DNA of 64,000 nucleotides from Amoebophrya sp. A120 (GCA_905178155.1 CAJINV010000010.1:645851-709850), one strand, 5' to 3'; counted from the stretch's first letter, positions 24,375-38,094 are shown. Numbers and translations are program-made. The notes: generated by a model not told the origin, from the letters alone.

Positions 24375-25746
24375 TCATGCGGAACTGCAAAGAAAGATAG
24401 GATCTGTCATGCAGAAAACAACAAATGCAATACCATTTCCCCAGATGTCGTCTGCGTCCATTACAGCTGGTGTGAAATTGTCCGGCGGACAGGTAAAATC
24501 CTTTCCACATTCAGGACAGGAAACCCGCTGCCACGGATTACCGGAAACCTGGATAAGAGTTTGGTCTTGATTTTGACTTGCCTCATGCAGTTCGACATTA
24601 AGGAAACCATTTTTCATGAGGCAAGACGCAATACAGGTTTCTTCCTTGTCAGATAGCGGTACTGAATTATTGGCTTTCTCCTCACTTTGCAATGAATCAG
24701 AAATCGTTCGTCAAATTTTGCTTCATCATTCTTGCTAACACGAGCAGAGATGTAAGTAATGATCGCTCCTCTTTACTGCCATGTTAAGTGGCTTCTGCAA
24801 TACAGATTCCCCTAAAATATTTCTGTCAGATAGCGGTACTGAATCTGGATTTCTCCTCACTTTGCAATGAATCAGAAATCGTTCGTCAAATTTTGCTTCA
24901 TCATTGTTTCATTCTCTCTTGCAGCTCTCCGCAAGAGATGCGCTTTTTGTCATGCGCAGTACAGCTGAAAACAGCTAAATACCAGTGACAACATCTTGTA
25001 GGACCCACCAATTACACCGGTGTTTTACCAAAGTGCCGGACGTGCTCAGACCACAGAAAAATCGAGGTCTTCGCCCATCCGAAGGCAGAGATCCAAGCTA
25101 TTTTAGAATCGCCGAAACGAGGATGCAGATACGGTTAATTTCTGACGAAAGAACCTGCAACCTAGCTGAGGGATTCGAATTTCGTGCAGGATCATCCCCA
25201 TGACAAGATTTTTTTGTCATGGGAGAAAGCACATCACAGATTTCTATGGCTATGTCACAACATTCTCAGCATTAGCATGGACAATATTCTGCGTATCCAT
25301 CATGAGTTTGTGTTGGACTCAGACGGAGGCATTCGAAGTTTCTCATCAGGATGTTGTTGGACTAAGTACTACCGCTTCTCGAAAAATCTGTATTGCAAAT
25401 GGACTCCGATTTCGGATCGTGAACAGTTTCAATTTCGTGAATTTTAAGAACGTTTGCCAAGCATGATCACACACATCTATAATACCGGCGCTCCGCATTT
25501 TGGGCAGTTGGTATCAACCGGGTACCGGCCCGCTAACTTGGCACAGCATATTCTCACCTTCTCGGCACAAACGGAATACCAGGGTCGTTCCGGTGTCACC
25601 CCCGCCGTGACCGCGGCGATATCCGGGTCGTTTGCGGCACCAGTGGTCCTCACGTCGAGAAAAGAAGAAGCAGCGCTGCGAAGATCTGTGAGAACGGAAG
25701 GAGATTGGGCGGGAGTGTTCGACCGAACGTCCTTCTCTTCAGCCAT
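24375..25746 (-). other. Possible fragmented Cys-rich (Zn-finger/RING-like) gene or pseudogene
   Basis: Short ORFs with CAEK...CCAK...CPKCG and CIASC...SCPECGK; no continuous model could be built. Confidence 0.3.
24647..24905. repeat. ~80-bp direct duplication
   Basis: tgtcagatagcggtactgaat...cttcatcatt at 24647-24730 and 24824-24905. Confidence 0.85.
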
Positions 25747-26878
25747 TTTTCCGGCTGGACTACGGTGCGGGGTCTAGCGGAAACATGGTGAGTTGCGACA
25801 AACGGGGTAGTTCATACAGAGTGAACATGCTCAACTCAAATTGTTTCGGATATTTGACGGCTGGGCTTGCACACAACTAACTAATGATAATCGGCAAAAC
25901 TACAGCAAGAACGAGGTCGGGGTACGACTCGACTATTTAGAGGCGCACAACAGGTAGCTGCTTCAAGCGGTGTGAGGACAAACGAAGCTGATAACAGCCC
26001 TTGCAACATGGAAACTACAAAACCACGATTGGAACTAGTTGAAGCCACGAACGCGCGAAACGCATGTACAACTACCGAATGACGCATGTACAACCGTCTG
26101 ACGAACGAGTACTGAAAGAGGGTGCGGCACGACGGGTAGACTACTCTGGGAGGAGAAGGACGAACGAGTGGACGAAACGTGACGATGGTCTGTTTGGAAA
26201 AGCCGAAGAGCACGCGACAAACCGACTTGTATCACCAGAAGCAGGACCGAAGGGGAACTGACGAAGTGAGAAGCGACAAACCGAACTACTCATCTAGCTA
26301 CCACGTGGCGTACCGAAGAGGGAAAAAAGTTTTCTACAATTGTATAATTCAGACGACATGAACAACGAATAATTTCAGTCGAAAATAACGCCACTGCGGC
26401 TCGCGCCGTCGCTACTCCACCGGCTTGCCAGTGCCCGCAGTGCAGCTGCTCGGGACACACGGCAGCCCTCTGTTTTCTTGAAAGGAATTGAGAAAATAAC
26501 CTTCAATTTCTTAACATTTCCATTCTTCACCTCTGGGAATTGTTGTTGTCCTGCTGTTATCCGAACCTTTCTTGTCATCATGCCGTACGATGTACTTAGC
26601 TTCTGACAGAATTGTTCCAAACAGCCTTGCCAACGAATGTCTTGTTTTGTTTGTCTCAGTCTATCCGCATCTTCTAGGATGCCGTGCTACCCAAGACATA
26701 ATCAAGTAAAATTCTACTCTGCAGAGGCGACTTTCACACGGCCTACCACAGCTGCGCTACTAGCCGCGTACAAAATAGCACGAGATCCTTTGTGTAGGAA
26801 CAAAATTCTACCAAAAAATGTGAATCCACACATAATTTGAGTGACAAATCTTTTCCAATCCTCGTACTACCAGTCCAC

Positions 26879-28716
26879 TTAGTCCTTCTTGACGCGTCCG
26901 TAGAACTTGCGCTTCTCCTCGTAGGTCTGGAAGCGGCCGTGTCCGATCTTGGAGGAAGTGTCGATGAACTTCAGGGTGATCTCTTCCAGGGCGGCGCGCT
27001 TGGTCTGCGGGAGCAGGGACTGACGCAGGGTGACGCAGCGCTTCTTGGTTCCGGCGACGGAGCCCTTGATCATCAGCCAGTCCTCCTTGATCTCACCGTA
27101 GTGCGGGAACCCACCGAGCGGGGTGATGTTCTTGTCGGTCAGATCGTGGGTCGTGTTCGCGTCGTGCTCGTCCTCCTGTTGGGATTTGTAGTGCGGGAAG
27201 GGGGATGAGAAGAAAGATGTTGTGATATAATTATCCATGGACAAACACATTCCGAGTTGTACGATTACGTCAATTTTGCAAACAGAAGTAAAACCGTAAC
27301 CGATATAATAGTTCTCGAAGTAGTTCTCATGCTAGTATTAAAACAGCAAAAGATCGAAACACACAGTCTCCCGTGCAAGAAGAAGCGAATCAAAAAATAA
27401 GATTCTTTACCTTGTTTCCGATGCGGTAGATCTTCTTGTTGATTTCGGTTCGGTGGTGGTAGCCGTTCTGACCCGCACGCGGGACCTGGAACTGCACGCG
27501 GGCCGGGTGCCAGGCACCGATACAGGCGACCTTGCGGAGACCACGGTGGGTCTTGCGGGGGAGGCGGGTGACGCCCCAACGGGTGACGACGCCGTCGATA
27601 CCGCGACCCTTGGTCACGCCGATGATGTCGATCATCTCGTCCTTCTTGAAGACGTCCGAGACACGCACCTCCTTCTCGAACAGACCCTTAGCGAAGTCGA
27701 CCTGTGGGTAGGAGAAACGCAATTTGTAATGCGAAAACAACATGAGAAAGTAAGAAAAAGGCGACTCTCTGTAGAAAACTACCGACATGCTGGTGGTTGA
27801 ACTAGGACAACTACATGATCATAAATGACTCTTCACATTACGACGCCCTCTCCTACTCCTACGTCATCTTTTCTATGCCAAAATCCTATAACAGTGTTTG
27901 TTTATACCTTGGCAGAGATGTCGGAGCCACCGTTGATCTGGATCTCCTTCAAGTGCGCCTTCTTCTGGCCAAGCTTGCACTTGTCGACCTGGGTGTGGCA
28001 CAACAGACGGATGGTCTTGCAGTACTTCTTGGCGCGGTCGATCTGGGCGTCCATCTCGTTGGCCTCGAACTTCTTCTGGTAGTGGGAGAACGCCTTCTTC
28101 TTGGACTTGTACCTGTTTTTTGACAAAAGTATAAGCAATCACGCATGAGGAGAGGAAAAATAAAAATCGTTGTCAAGTCTGCATGAGATGAAACTCCTAC
28201 TCAAAGTTTACTGTCAACCTCGCTGTAAAAAGAGCGTCAGCATAATCTTGCTTTGAGATGACTACATGAGGAGAGCCTCTAGTAGTCCGGTTTATCTACT
28301 TAAATCGCAACATCACAAGTTCATCATCTTCCTGTGATAGAAAAATTATACCAGTTCTTGTAGAAGCGACGCTTCAAGTTGTCGGCCAAGTGGGCGGCGA
28401 AGACGGTGGTCAGTGCGCGCGGACCACGCGGGGTCTCCACGTATCCGACGAAACCAACGGCGACCATCGGCGGGGCCTCCAGGATGGTGACCGGCTCCAC
28501 GACGTCCTTCTTGTCGACCTTGGAACCCGGGCGGGCGACGGTGCGCACAATGTGGGTCATGCCAGCCTTGAAGGCCATAAAAGCAGTTAAATGGCAGGCC
28601 TTGGAAGCGTCGTCCTTCGGGAAGGACTTGATCTTGCCGTAATGGTGCTTGGTGCGCTTCTTCGGGAGGAAACCCAAGTTTCCGTGGCGCGGGCACTCGA
28701 ACTTACGATGCGACAT
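26879..28716 (-). CDS. RPL3: 60S ribosomal protein L3; exons 28716-28352, 28112-27908, 27701-27411, 27175-26879
   Basis: [41 protein letters not shown] and [15 protein letters not shown]; three GT-AG introns. Confidence 0.98.
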
Positions 28717-29703
28717 TTTGTGGTAGAGGTTTTTGTTTGTGACTTGATGCGTTAGTGCTGAGACTTAAATTCCCGTTTGAGAACGGAAGTGCGTTAAGAA
28801 GAGGTTATTCTTCCCTTCTTTGGTCCCTGTGGTGGTGGTGGGTGAGGGTCGGAAGGATTATGTTTATGAGGGGTTTTAAAATTGAATGTGATGGATCGTG
28901 CGAACTACATTTCATCTGCAAGATCTTCTCGCGGTTTATTTGTCTCCAAATCCAGTGTATTTCCGGTTTCATCGTACCGAATTTAGATCGCAGTAGATTG
29001 TCATCACTTCAGAACAAAGAGCGCACCATCGAAACTCGTTTGTTCCTTGTCATACAAATCTTCGGAACTCAGTTGTGACCTTTAGATCTCATGCTGCTAC
29101 AACATCAATTCAATTTACCTAGAAGATCCTCTGCGAGATCAAAAGAGCCGAGCCTTTTTAATGCAGATCTGCATGGTCAACATGATCTCGGTGTGTACGT
29201 ATCAATAAAGCTAGCTAGGGACCGATTTAGATCTTGGCGCGTCAAGGAATTGTATCACGATCGCAGTTACCTTTCAATTTTGGCCGCATTCTTTCGAGGT
29301 CGTTGAAACGGAACGGGCTACACGGCTCCTGCAGCCCCACAGCGCGCGTCGCGGTCAGGCTGTATGCTGGCGCACGTAATCTTCGCTGAAGCTTCTGGAT
29401 TTGCGTATGGTTTATTTCGAAAGCATGGCACAGACTTGTCGTGTAGTAGGACGTGCATTTATTCATCGACTAAGCCAGTTTTGCCATCTGATAGGTGAAC
29501 TGTGAATTTAAAGGATTGAAATTTGGATACTTATTTGTAATCCGACATGATCTTCAAGCTCGAAAAACATTAAAAAGACAATGCGGCCGCTCGTCATCCT
29601 CATCGCAGAAGTATTTACACATTATTCATTGCGCGTAGACAAGTATCATCATCCAACTATACGTCGCTTTGAGTTCTAGAACAACCATTTCTCCTTCTAA
29701 CTC

Positions 29704-32700
29704 CTATTTCCTGGTCATGTGCAGGTCAAACCAGTCGCTCCCCTTCAATATCTCCCGCATCCAGTCTATGTCAAACAGCAGCTCGTCCCGCGTCCGCCAC
29801 CTTGTCCCGAACTTTGCATCCACCGCTAATTCCCCAAACAACCCCGCGCCACAGGGTTCATCTCGGTACAAGCAGATTTTCGGCGCGTAGATGTACTGCC
29901 GCGCAATTTTGAACCTGTTGTAGCCCAACGCTTCCGCCGTGGGAAATACCGACCGCGCGAACGCCCGCATGCTGTCTATCTCAATCGAGATGTACTTCGG
30001 CGGGTCTATTCTAGCGTACACCGGCGGCAAATTGTCCCGTGGCTGCACTTTCCTCACGTAAAACCCGCCTTGCGTCTCCTCGTAAAGGGAAAACTTGTTG
30101 ATGTCCCCAATCTTCTTGTTGTTCTCGTACCAGAGGTTCGTTTTGTACTTGAACAGTTCTTCCTGTTTTTGCTTTCTCTCCGCCTCTGATAATTTACCTC
30201 TATCTTCCTCCGCTGTTTCACTTGCAGAAGTTGTTCCTCCACCCCGCGCGGCCAATTCCGCGGAGAATTCGTTGTGCGCCCTACTATTCCCGCCGAACAA
30301 CAATTTGGGGTCGTTTTCGTCGATATATTTCCCGTCCGCCCGTAGTTCCCGACTGCTGGATATGCCTTGCACATGTGTCTGTGTCTGGAAACTTGTGACG
30401 AGACGCAAGGAACTGCTAAGCATGACAAGTTTTTTGCATGGTCCTGAGTCGCGTATTCCGCATGAGAAACTGCGTTTTTGCACGACAGGGAGCAGGAGCT
30501 CTTCGCGGCCACGCAATACAGAGTGCAGAGTCATGCCAGACTAGCATGACAAATCTCGGAATCTCCCAGACCCAGACATATTTGCAGTTGATACTTGATA
30601 AAACGGCCCGGGATTTTTCCACCCAAATTCCGTCGGTTAGGATCGACCTCAGGCAGTCCTTGCTGTTCTCCTCCACGTCGATTTTCAGGAAATACGGCAT
30701 GCCGAACTGCTTCACCAAGCTCGCGCAGGACAAGCTCGGAATCCACTGCGATTTTATCCGGACGTTCCGTCGATGCTGCGTCGTGCCGTCGGAAACGAAC
30801 ATCGTCCGCCAAAACATCTCGTCGTTATTCACCAATTTGCTCGTCTCCGCCCGGGGGGAGAGTTGCACGAACGTGCTATTCCGGTACAGATCCTCTATTG
30901 AAAGGAAAAATCCCCCCTCCCCGTATTGAAAAGGTATGACTTCGAAAATTTGCGTTGCTGATTTGAGGTCACAAATCATATTTGTCTTGCAAGAAGACAA
31001 GGGCAGGAACTTTCGCCCCATTATGGAAGCGATTTGTCATGCTCCTGGGTCTAAAGGGGAGCCGTTTGCCATGCTGAACAACTAGACACATACGCCCCTA
31101 TCTAGCCTGGAGATCTGCCCGCAATGCGTCTCTGCAATACAAAGCTGATTTGTGTACGCAAATCAGCAACAGAAATTTCCATTTTGATATGGGGAGGGGG
31201 GGTTTTTCATAGTGATATCCTCCGCTTTTTCTTCAGAGACAATGGCGTAGTTCAGTAAAATCAATTGCCCGGTGGACAATTCTTTTTCAAACTGCTGCCG
31301 GGCACGGAATATGCATTGCAAAAGTGGTATCGCACTCGTATAAGTGCATTACAAATTTCCTTAGCATGAGAGATAACATTTGTCATGCGGATTCATCTTA
31401 AGAAAGAAATTTGCAATGCATTACTGCAATACTTTTACACAGGATACGGAAAATGCTATTCGGATTCGACTCGACGGTGACGACGTGGAAGCCGGAGTGC
31501 AGGTAGAACATGGTGTCTGCGCCGAGGCTATGCATTGCAAATTTTATGTCTGGGTCTGATCCAACTTTCGCATGACACCGCAGGTTTAGAATGCGAGTCT
31601 TGGCATCACAAGCTTCGCGTAGGGGTAGGCTCCTCAAAACTGCCAATCCTGCATGAGAAATGTCACCTTCAAGAGGTAACCCGAAAAATCGAGTGACTTT
31701 ATTTGCTACTCATACAATGCAGATCTTCATCTTTGTGTCAACGAGACCTAGCATTACAGACTTGGACTCTTCGGCCAGATCAAAGTAGACAGATTTGCGA
31801 TGCATAGAGGCCCATACCAACGTCTAAGATGAGGTAATCGTGCTTTTCCTTCAAATCTTTATCCGGGGAAAGACACCCATTCCCATCCATTTTTTGTATC
31901 ACAAATACTGGAGCTTATGCATGTTCTGAATGACAAATTGGATGGGGATGGGTGTTTTTTCTTGAATAATCTTCGGCGGATTCTTCCAACTGGAGATCGG
32001 CATCTTGCTGGCCTTCTTCCTCGTCCTCTTGGTCTACTGCATCAGATGTTGATGAAGCGCTCTTTGAAGAAGTAGAAGATGCTGCACCGGTGGCAGCAGC
32101 AGAGCCTGCTGCGCTGCCCTTCTGACGGTCTATCATTCCTGCAGGTATCGAGGTGTCGGTCTCGGTCTCGCTGTGTTCAGAAGTTGTAGGAATTGCGTCG
32201 TCGCAGAAATCATACAGAGCTTCCTCATCTTCACTCCCCTTTTCGTCAGTTTGCTCTTCCCGCACCAGAAATTCCGTCTCTTCCGCAAACACCTCGGAAA
32301 ACCGTACCGCGTCCTTCACGTGGAAAACGAGTTTTTCCATGTTCCAAAACGCGGAGCGCTTCGTTTGCTTCACCCAGTTGCCCAGCCAAATGGAACTGTC
32401 AAAGTCAAAGTGCATGACGTGGGCAAGTTTGTCGTAGATCCCGTTAATCGGAACGGCGTACAGAGGCTCGAGTATGTTCAAACTCTGGTCTACCGGATAC
32501 ACTAAGTTCGGGTTTGTTTTCAAAGTTGCCTTTCTATTTCTCGTGTTCGCTTTCTTGGTTTGGTAGAGACCCACCTCCCTAGAAGAGGATCTCGATGCAA
32601 CGGACGAGGATGCCTTAGCAATTGCACTTTTTCCGGCTCTACTACCTTTGAAAACTTTATCGTCGGCACTGCTGCCACGACTGTCCCTTATTCTCTTCCT

Positions 32701-35700
32701 ACAGCTTGCAATTTTATTGCTTTCGACTCTCGTAGTTCCCTTCCCTTTTCCTTTTCTTCCGTCGCGATCGCTATCTTTTGTGCCTTTATTTCTCCTCTTT
32801 TTCCGCCACTTCTTCTTTTGCTTTTTTCCTTTTTCTGTATCTCTGCTATGAAAATCGCCGAAATCGATTCCCTTCTTCGCGACCATCTCTTCCGGCGGTC
32901 CGTTCGTGCCAGGTATCACCGCCCACAAAATGAACCCGGTAATGGACAAATACCGGTAGCCGAGCTGGAAAAAGTTCTGCATCAAACTTACCGGAAATAA
33001 CATCTGCTTCGGGTCCCGGAGGGTTGTTTCCGCGATTGCCGTACTGCCGTCGGGTTCGTCTTCGTCTTCGTCAGAAGAAGTTGATGCTGCAATGGTTTTC
33101 GCGTTGCTGATTCCAGCGTGAAGGTCAATGTCAGTTTTCCTCTTTTTCCTCTCCGCCTCTATCTCCTGCTTCAGTCGCAGTCTCTTCAACTCCAGCTGCC
33201 CCTTGATCTTCATATTTGCGATGGAATGGACAAAATGCGTCTTCACGTCGGGTGTTGAAGCTGTATCGCTGGATTCTGGTTCTTCGGAACCTCCATCGTC
33301 AGAAGCCGCTTGCTCTACCACCCCACTGTCGCTGTTTCCGTCGTGTTCCACCTCCATTTCTACCAGGCCAGCACCCGCTCCCTCCGTGTCGTTCTTTACC
33401 CCGAACAGCGTCATGCTGCCGTCGCCACTGAAAAATTGCGACTTCGTGTGCTCTATCAAATGTAAAAATGTCTGGGTCTGGAAGAGTGTAGACTTGTCAT
33501 GCAGATTTGCCATGACCCATGAGGTCTGGAATGCGGGACTTAGCATGACAGACTCTGCGAGGCCTCTGCCATGCCTATTCTGCATGAGAAACTTCGTCCC
33601 AACTTGATCAAAAGTGGGCAGCTTTTGGCACTCATGCAACACAGACTTTTGCATGCTTCAGATTTACCATGACAGGTTGCAATCTTCCAGACCCAGACAT
33701 TTTTGCAATTCATATGCTCCGTGATACTCTGCCCCCGGTCGTCCACGGCGAGTCGTTGTCTGCCGCGCCCTATGAAGTGCAAATATGTCTGGGACTGGAA
33801 GAATCATGCAACTTGTGATGCTTGTCTCACATGCCTTTTGAATCTTTAATGCGCGGACAGGAATAAAGCCTCTTTCCTGTCATGCAAAAACGCGGCTTGC
33901 CATGCGGATAGCGAAACACAAAGGACCCCATAAACTTGTCATGCGTGGCTGCGTATTGCAGTGCGCTGACCATTCACACAGTAGCATCACAAGTTTTCGG
34001 ACCCAGGAGGAGACATAATCTGCAATGCATACGCCCGAATTCCCCGAGGTTTTCCACGTAGTACTTCCCGTAGGAGAAGTATCCTAAAGAAAAAAGTGGT
34101 ACAGATAAACACTCTGACGGAAGGCAAGCAAGACAGACAACCTCTGTCATGCAGGAAACGCTTGACAGCCGCATTTCATTTGTGTTTTCCCTTATAGTCT
34201 GCGCATCACAGGTTTTCTTTGCCATGTCGAGCAACTTTGTGATGCAGAAACTCCAACACGTGTGTTGTAACTGTATTAACACTTTTATTTTCCTGTGATA
34301 AAAAGAGGTTTAGCATGCCAGCTCTCAGCCCGGAGAGCTGGATGTACCCGGCGAAGGATCTGGATGAGATCACGAGGAACATCCTATTACCACGAAAAAT
34401 GCCCCCAACCCAGAACTTGGCGGCATTTATATTTTGCGAACCTTTTCAATGGAAACGCTCCCCGTCTTGCATGTATCAGCATCAAAAATCTTGCATGCTA
34501 GAAAGCTCAAATCTGTGCAGCTGCAAAGGAGCCCAACAGCAGCCGGATCTGTTATGCAAAAGATGCCTTGCGCGTCTAGATTCTGCATCAGAAAGGCTCG
34601 TAGTCCTTTCATGCAACACAAAAAGCTTTCATCTGGAAACTTTGCATGAGAAACTTTTGCAAGTTCCGGGGTGGAGGCATTTTTCATTGTCATGCATCCG
34701 GTAGAGAAGCTGCTGGGGAGTTACTTTGAAGAAGGAAAAAAAGTCCGTGTTGAAACGGTAGGGAGTGGCCCTTTCGAAGGAGGAAAATGAGTGGTCTAGA
34801 TCTACTTCGGAGGGATGTACTGAAGACGAAGTGGTAGTAGTTGCACTTGTTCTGTTCAGAGCCAGCAGTTCGTTCCACGCGGGGTGTTTCGAAAACTCGC
34901 TCATCACATCGATGTCCTCTTGCACGCAGCACGGCCAAGCCGCCACTTCCTGGTTATCGGAAGGGCGTTTCGGAACGGTGCCGGAGTTGAGCAGCTTCGG
35001 GTACAGTTTTTTTTGGACCGTGCTTCGTTTGGAGAGAGAAGAAGTGACGGGAGCTGCAGTATCATCTGGATCATTGCTTTTGCTATCCCCCGGTGTAACA
35101 ACTGTTGATCGCGGCACTAGCATTCCCGCGCGACAGATTTTCAAGACGTCGAAGACCATCCGGACTGCTTGCGGAATGATCGGCATCAGGGCAGATTCTG
35201 TGGTGGAGACGAACGCGGATAGAATCAACGCGGAGAAGCAGAGTCTGCTTATAACCCGCTCAAACGTTACCATCTCAAACGTTACAATAGAATCTGGAAA
35301 TCTGTGATGCAAGAACTGCATGACCTAGCCTGCTCCCATAGGATCATTGCGCATGACAAGTTTCGGAGTCCCAAACCGCGCTAGAATCTGGCGAAATTTG
35401 TATTGCGAAAAGCTCAGTCCTCTATACGGTCCTCATGCTCTTCATGCAATACAAAATCCAGACTCTATTGTAACGTTTGAGATTGTAACGTTTGAGCAGG
35501 TCAGACTATTCTGCACGTTTTTCTGGATTTCCTTCTCCCCATACCGGTTCAACACGACCTCCAACGACGCTAGACTCTGCCACTCCCGCCAGTCCGGAAA
35601 GAAATGCACCCAGTGGGCGAGGATGTACTGGGATTTCTCGTACAACTTCGTGATCACCGTGTTGTTCTTTTGGGGCGTGGAATCCGGGTTCCAGATCTGA

Positions 35701-36038
35701 ATGTGCTGGTGCCACAGCTCGAAAAATTCCAAGTACATCGGGTTTTCAAAGCACTGCTGCCCGAACAACGGACAGGGGTCGGTTGTTTCGCGAGTTATTG
35801 CGTCGTCAACATGATCGTCGTCGTCGTCGTCGTTGTTACTAGCAGCTGCGTCCTCCGCCGGCAGCGGCTCTACTGCGCCGGCTTCCTCTGCGCGCGCAAC
35901 CGGAACCACGACGTCCAGAACACCACTATTGCAGCTGAGTTGAAAACCCCCGATCCAAACGACCCACCGGTAGTAAACGAAAAGCAGCAACGAAAGGGCG
36001 TTTTTGTGCACGCTAGAGCGATAACGACGGGTTGGCAT
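29704..36038 (-). CDS. Large protein with hydrophobic N-terminus and a C-terminal FkbM-family SAM-dependent methyltransferase domain; interrupted by 10 TIR elements
   Basis: After excision it reads DYLILDVGMGLGADTMFYLHSGFHVVTVESNP...LILLNYAI...PYFLKIDVEE, and the frame runs from 36038 to 29704. Confidence 0.75.
30361..30593. mobile_element. Introner-like element, family A
   Basis: DR ctgga/cttga. Confidence 0.85.
30896..31217. mobile_element. Introner-like element, family G
   Basis: TIR with aaaaatcccccctcccc; DR tcctc/tcctc. Confidence 0.9.
31310..31446. mobile_element. Introner-like element, family D
   Basis: DR cggaa/cggaa. Confidence 0.9.
31529..31806. mobile_element. Introner-like element, diverged family A
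   Basis: DR gaggc/gaggc; splits the DVGMGLGAD motif. Confidence 0.9.
31860..31968. mobile_element. Smallest introner-like element (109 bp)
   Basis: TIR acacccattcccatcca / tggatggggatgggtgt; DR atctt/atctt. Confidence 0.85.
33454..33714. mobile_element. Introner-like element, family A
   Basis: DR tgctc/tgctc; near-identical to 3004-3264. Confidence 0.9.
33771..34031. mobile_element. Introner-like element, family A variant
   Basis: DR cgccc/cgccc. Confidence 0.9.
34080..34300. mobile_element. Introner-like element, family B
   Basis: Homologous to 48860-49080; DR agaag/aaaag. Confidence 0.85.
34385..34694. mobile_element. Introner-like element, family C
   Basis: TIR gaaaaatgccccc; DR catcc/catcc. 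Confidence 0.9.
35250..35505. mobile_element. Introner-like element, singleton family
   Basis: TIR gctcaaacgttaccatctcaaacgttacaataga; diverged DR ctgct/ctatt. Confidence 0.85.
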
Positions 36039-36554
36039 GGTGGCGATTTGTGGTATTGAAGATGGCCACGTGTTTGTTCTGTCTAAAAGTCCTAGCGACT
36101 GAACTCCATTTTACGGACGAGAAACAACACGAGCAACGTACCTACACACTGCCGCTCGCTACTGCCCGATCAGAATTGCAGTTGTACCAGACTCGAAGAA
36201 GATAACTAGCACTTTATACTTTTACGAATTTTTCCGGGGAGTGATCCCGACTTGCCGCTCTTGCTGGGCGTAGGCAGGAAACACAGAATACCATTGGGAA
36301 AACAACGAACCCTCTCTGTGGTTCCCGAGGCGGAGAGGCCTACAAAAGCCTTTGATGCATGGACTCATCAACGCGATTTTGTGATTCGAAGTCAATGTAG
36401 GTGAAATGTAAACATTTGGTTAGCGTGACGAAAAAAGAAGCCAATTGGAAATGGTAATTTTCGAAAAAGAAGACAAGTAAACAGCTACAGATAGTGTATG
36501 TGCAAAGAATAAAGGAAGAGCTATCATGATGCTCGAATAAAGAGAAGGCTATAA

Positions 36555-37764
36555 TATGGGATCGTTTCAACGATTAAAATTAAAAAAATTAATTTTTATT
36601 TATTCAAGAGGTCATACAAAATGAAAATCATCAGAGTGCGACATGGAAACTGCCGTCGTCGCGGGCCTCCGAGGTGAACGTCTCCGGATTGTGTTTTGTT
36701 TATGGTAATGAAATAGCTAGACACGTCCCAACTTCAGCTAGTTAAAATGGTATGTAGTTGAACAAGGTTTAAGAATGCAAAGGAAGCAGGAAGCTTGGCT
36801 CCGTCTTTGCGGCCCACAAGCTGGGCGTCTGCGTGGTCCCTCGCTCTCCGGCTCGTCTGGGGCCCCGTCACGTAGCAGCGACGCTATGCTGGTTTCGACC
36901 GGTGGAGTTTATGGGGCAATGTGATGGCTTTCGAATACATCCCAAGAGGAAGCTGGTGCGGCAAAGCCTGAAAATGTGTGGCGTTGTAGTATTGAGATCT
37001 CGCACCTCAACGGACGGAGCAACTTTCGTGGTTTTGGTCATCAGTTTCAGAGTGGGAGTTCCTGAGTTCCTTTTAGAGCTGGAGGATCGCGATTAATTAG
37101 ACGCCCAGAGACGTCCAAGAAGACGTCTATTTTCCGCGATATGGAAATGGATTGACTAAGTGGGAATAGCCAAAGTTAATGACGTCCCTGGGGACGTCTC
37201 TGGGAGACGTCCCGCAAGCTCATTTTTGGCATCAAAATGAGGCGCGTCAAAAGTTGACGCTTTTCCTTACGAAAAAGCTACTCTTTAGGATGCTTTTGCC
37301 CAACATATCCGCAGCGTCGCCTCCTCCACCGTTCTGCTCGCGATACTCCTGCAGGGCCTCACTGGGCTCCGTGTCGGTTGGCGTCGCCTTCTCCGGGCCC
37401 AAGATATCGGCCAGCAGCTCTTCTCTGCGCGCGTGGATCCCCCCCATGTATTTCCGGCGTCCGGAGGGGGCGCGGAGGAGGGCCCGGATCGCCCTGGCGA
37501 CGTTCTCCATACCAAGGCGCTTGGTATTAGAACTGCTACTGCCGCGATGACAGACTCCAGCTTCCATATCATTTCAACTAGCTTAAGTTGGGACGTGTCT
37601 AGTTATTTCATTACCATGAACAAAACACAAGCCGGAGATGTTCACCTGGGAGGCCCGCGACGGCGGCAGTTCCCGCATCACCTTCTGATGATTTTCATTT
37701 TATATAACCCCTTGAATTGCAAAAAATTAATTTTTTTTATTTTAATCGTTGAAACGATCCCATA
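36555..37764. mobile_element. 1.21-kb intergenic element with ~200-bp TIRs and a 5-bp TSD (tataa)
   Basis: 36555-~36757 is the inverted copy of ~37560-37764. Ends are tatggg...cccata, with tataa on both sides. Confidence 0.9.
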
Positions 37765-38094
37765 TATAATAGCGTCGGTTACTGTGAGTGAGTGTCAGTT
37801 TACAAAGTAAGCTGTGACCGAGTCTGCAACTTGTAGAAATAGAAATTGCTCGGCGGTCGGGTCAGCAAGTAATTACTGCATGCAGACCCGCGCGTGCGTG
37901 TGCAAAATTCGAACTGGTACAACAAAAGCGAAATTAGAGAGGAAGGATTAGGAATAGGATCATGAGTATAAGTACGTGACACAAAAAAAGAAATGCGAGA
38001 AGTCGTATTTTCAAAGAGGCAAATCATTTTGGAGGATGTGGTGGCTCGTTCGCTGTTTATCACTCCTGTTTGAAATCTTCTGTGGTTCTCGTCT

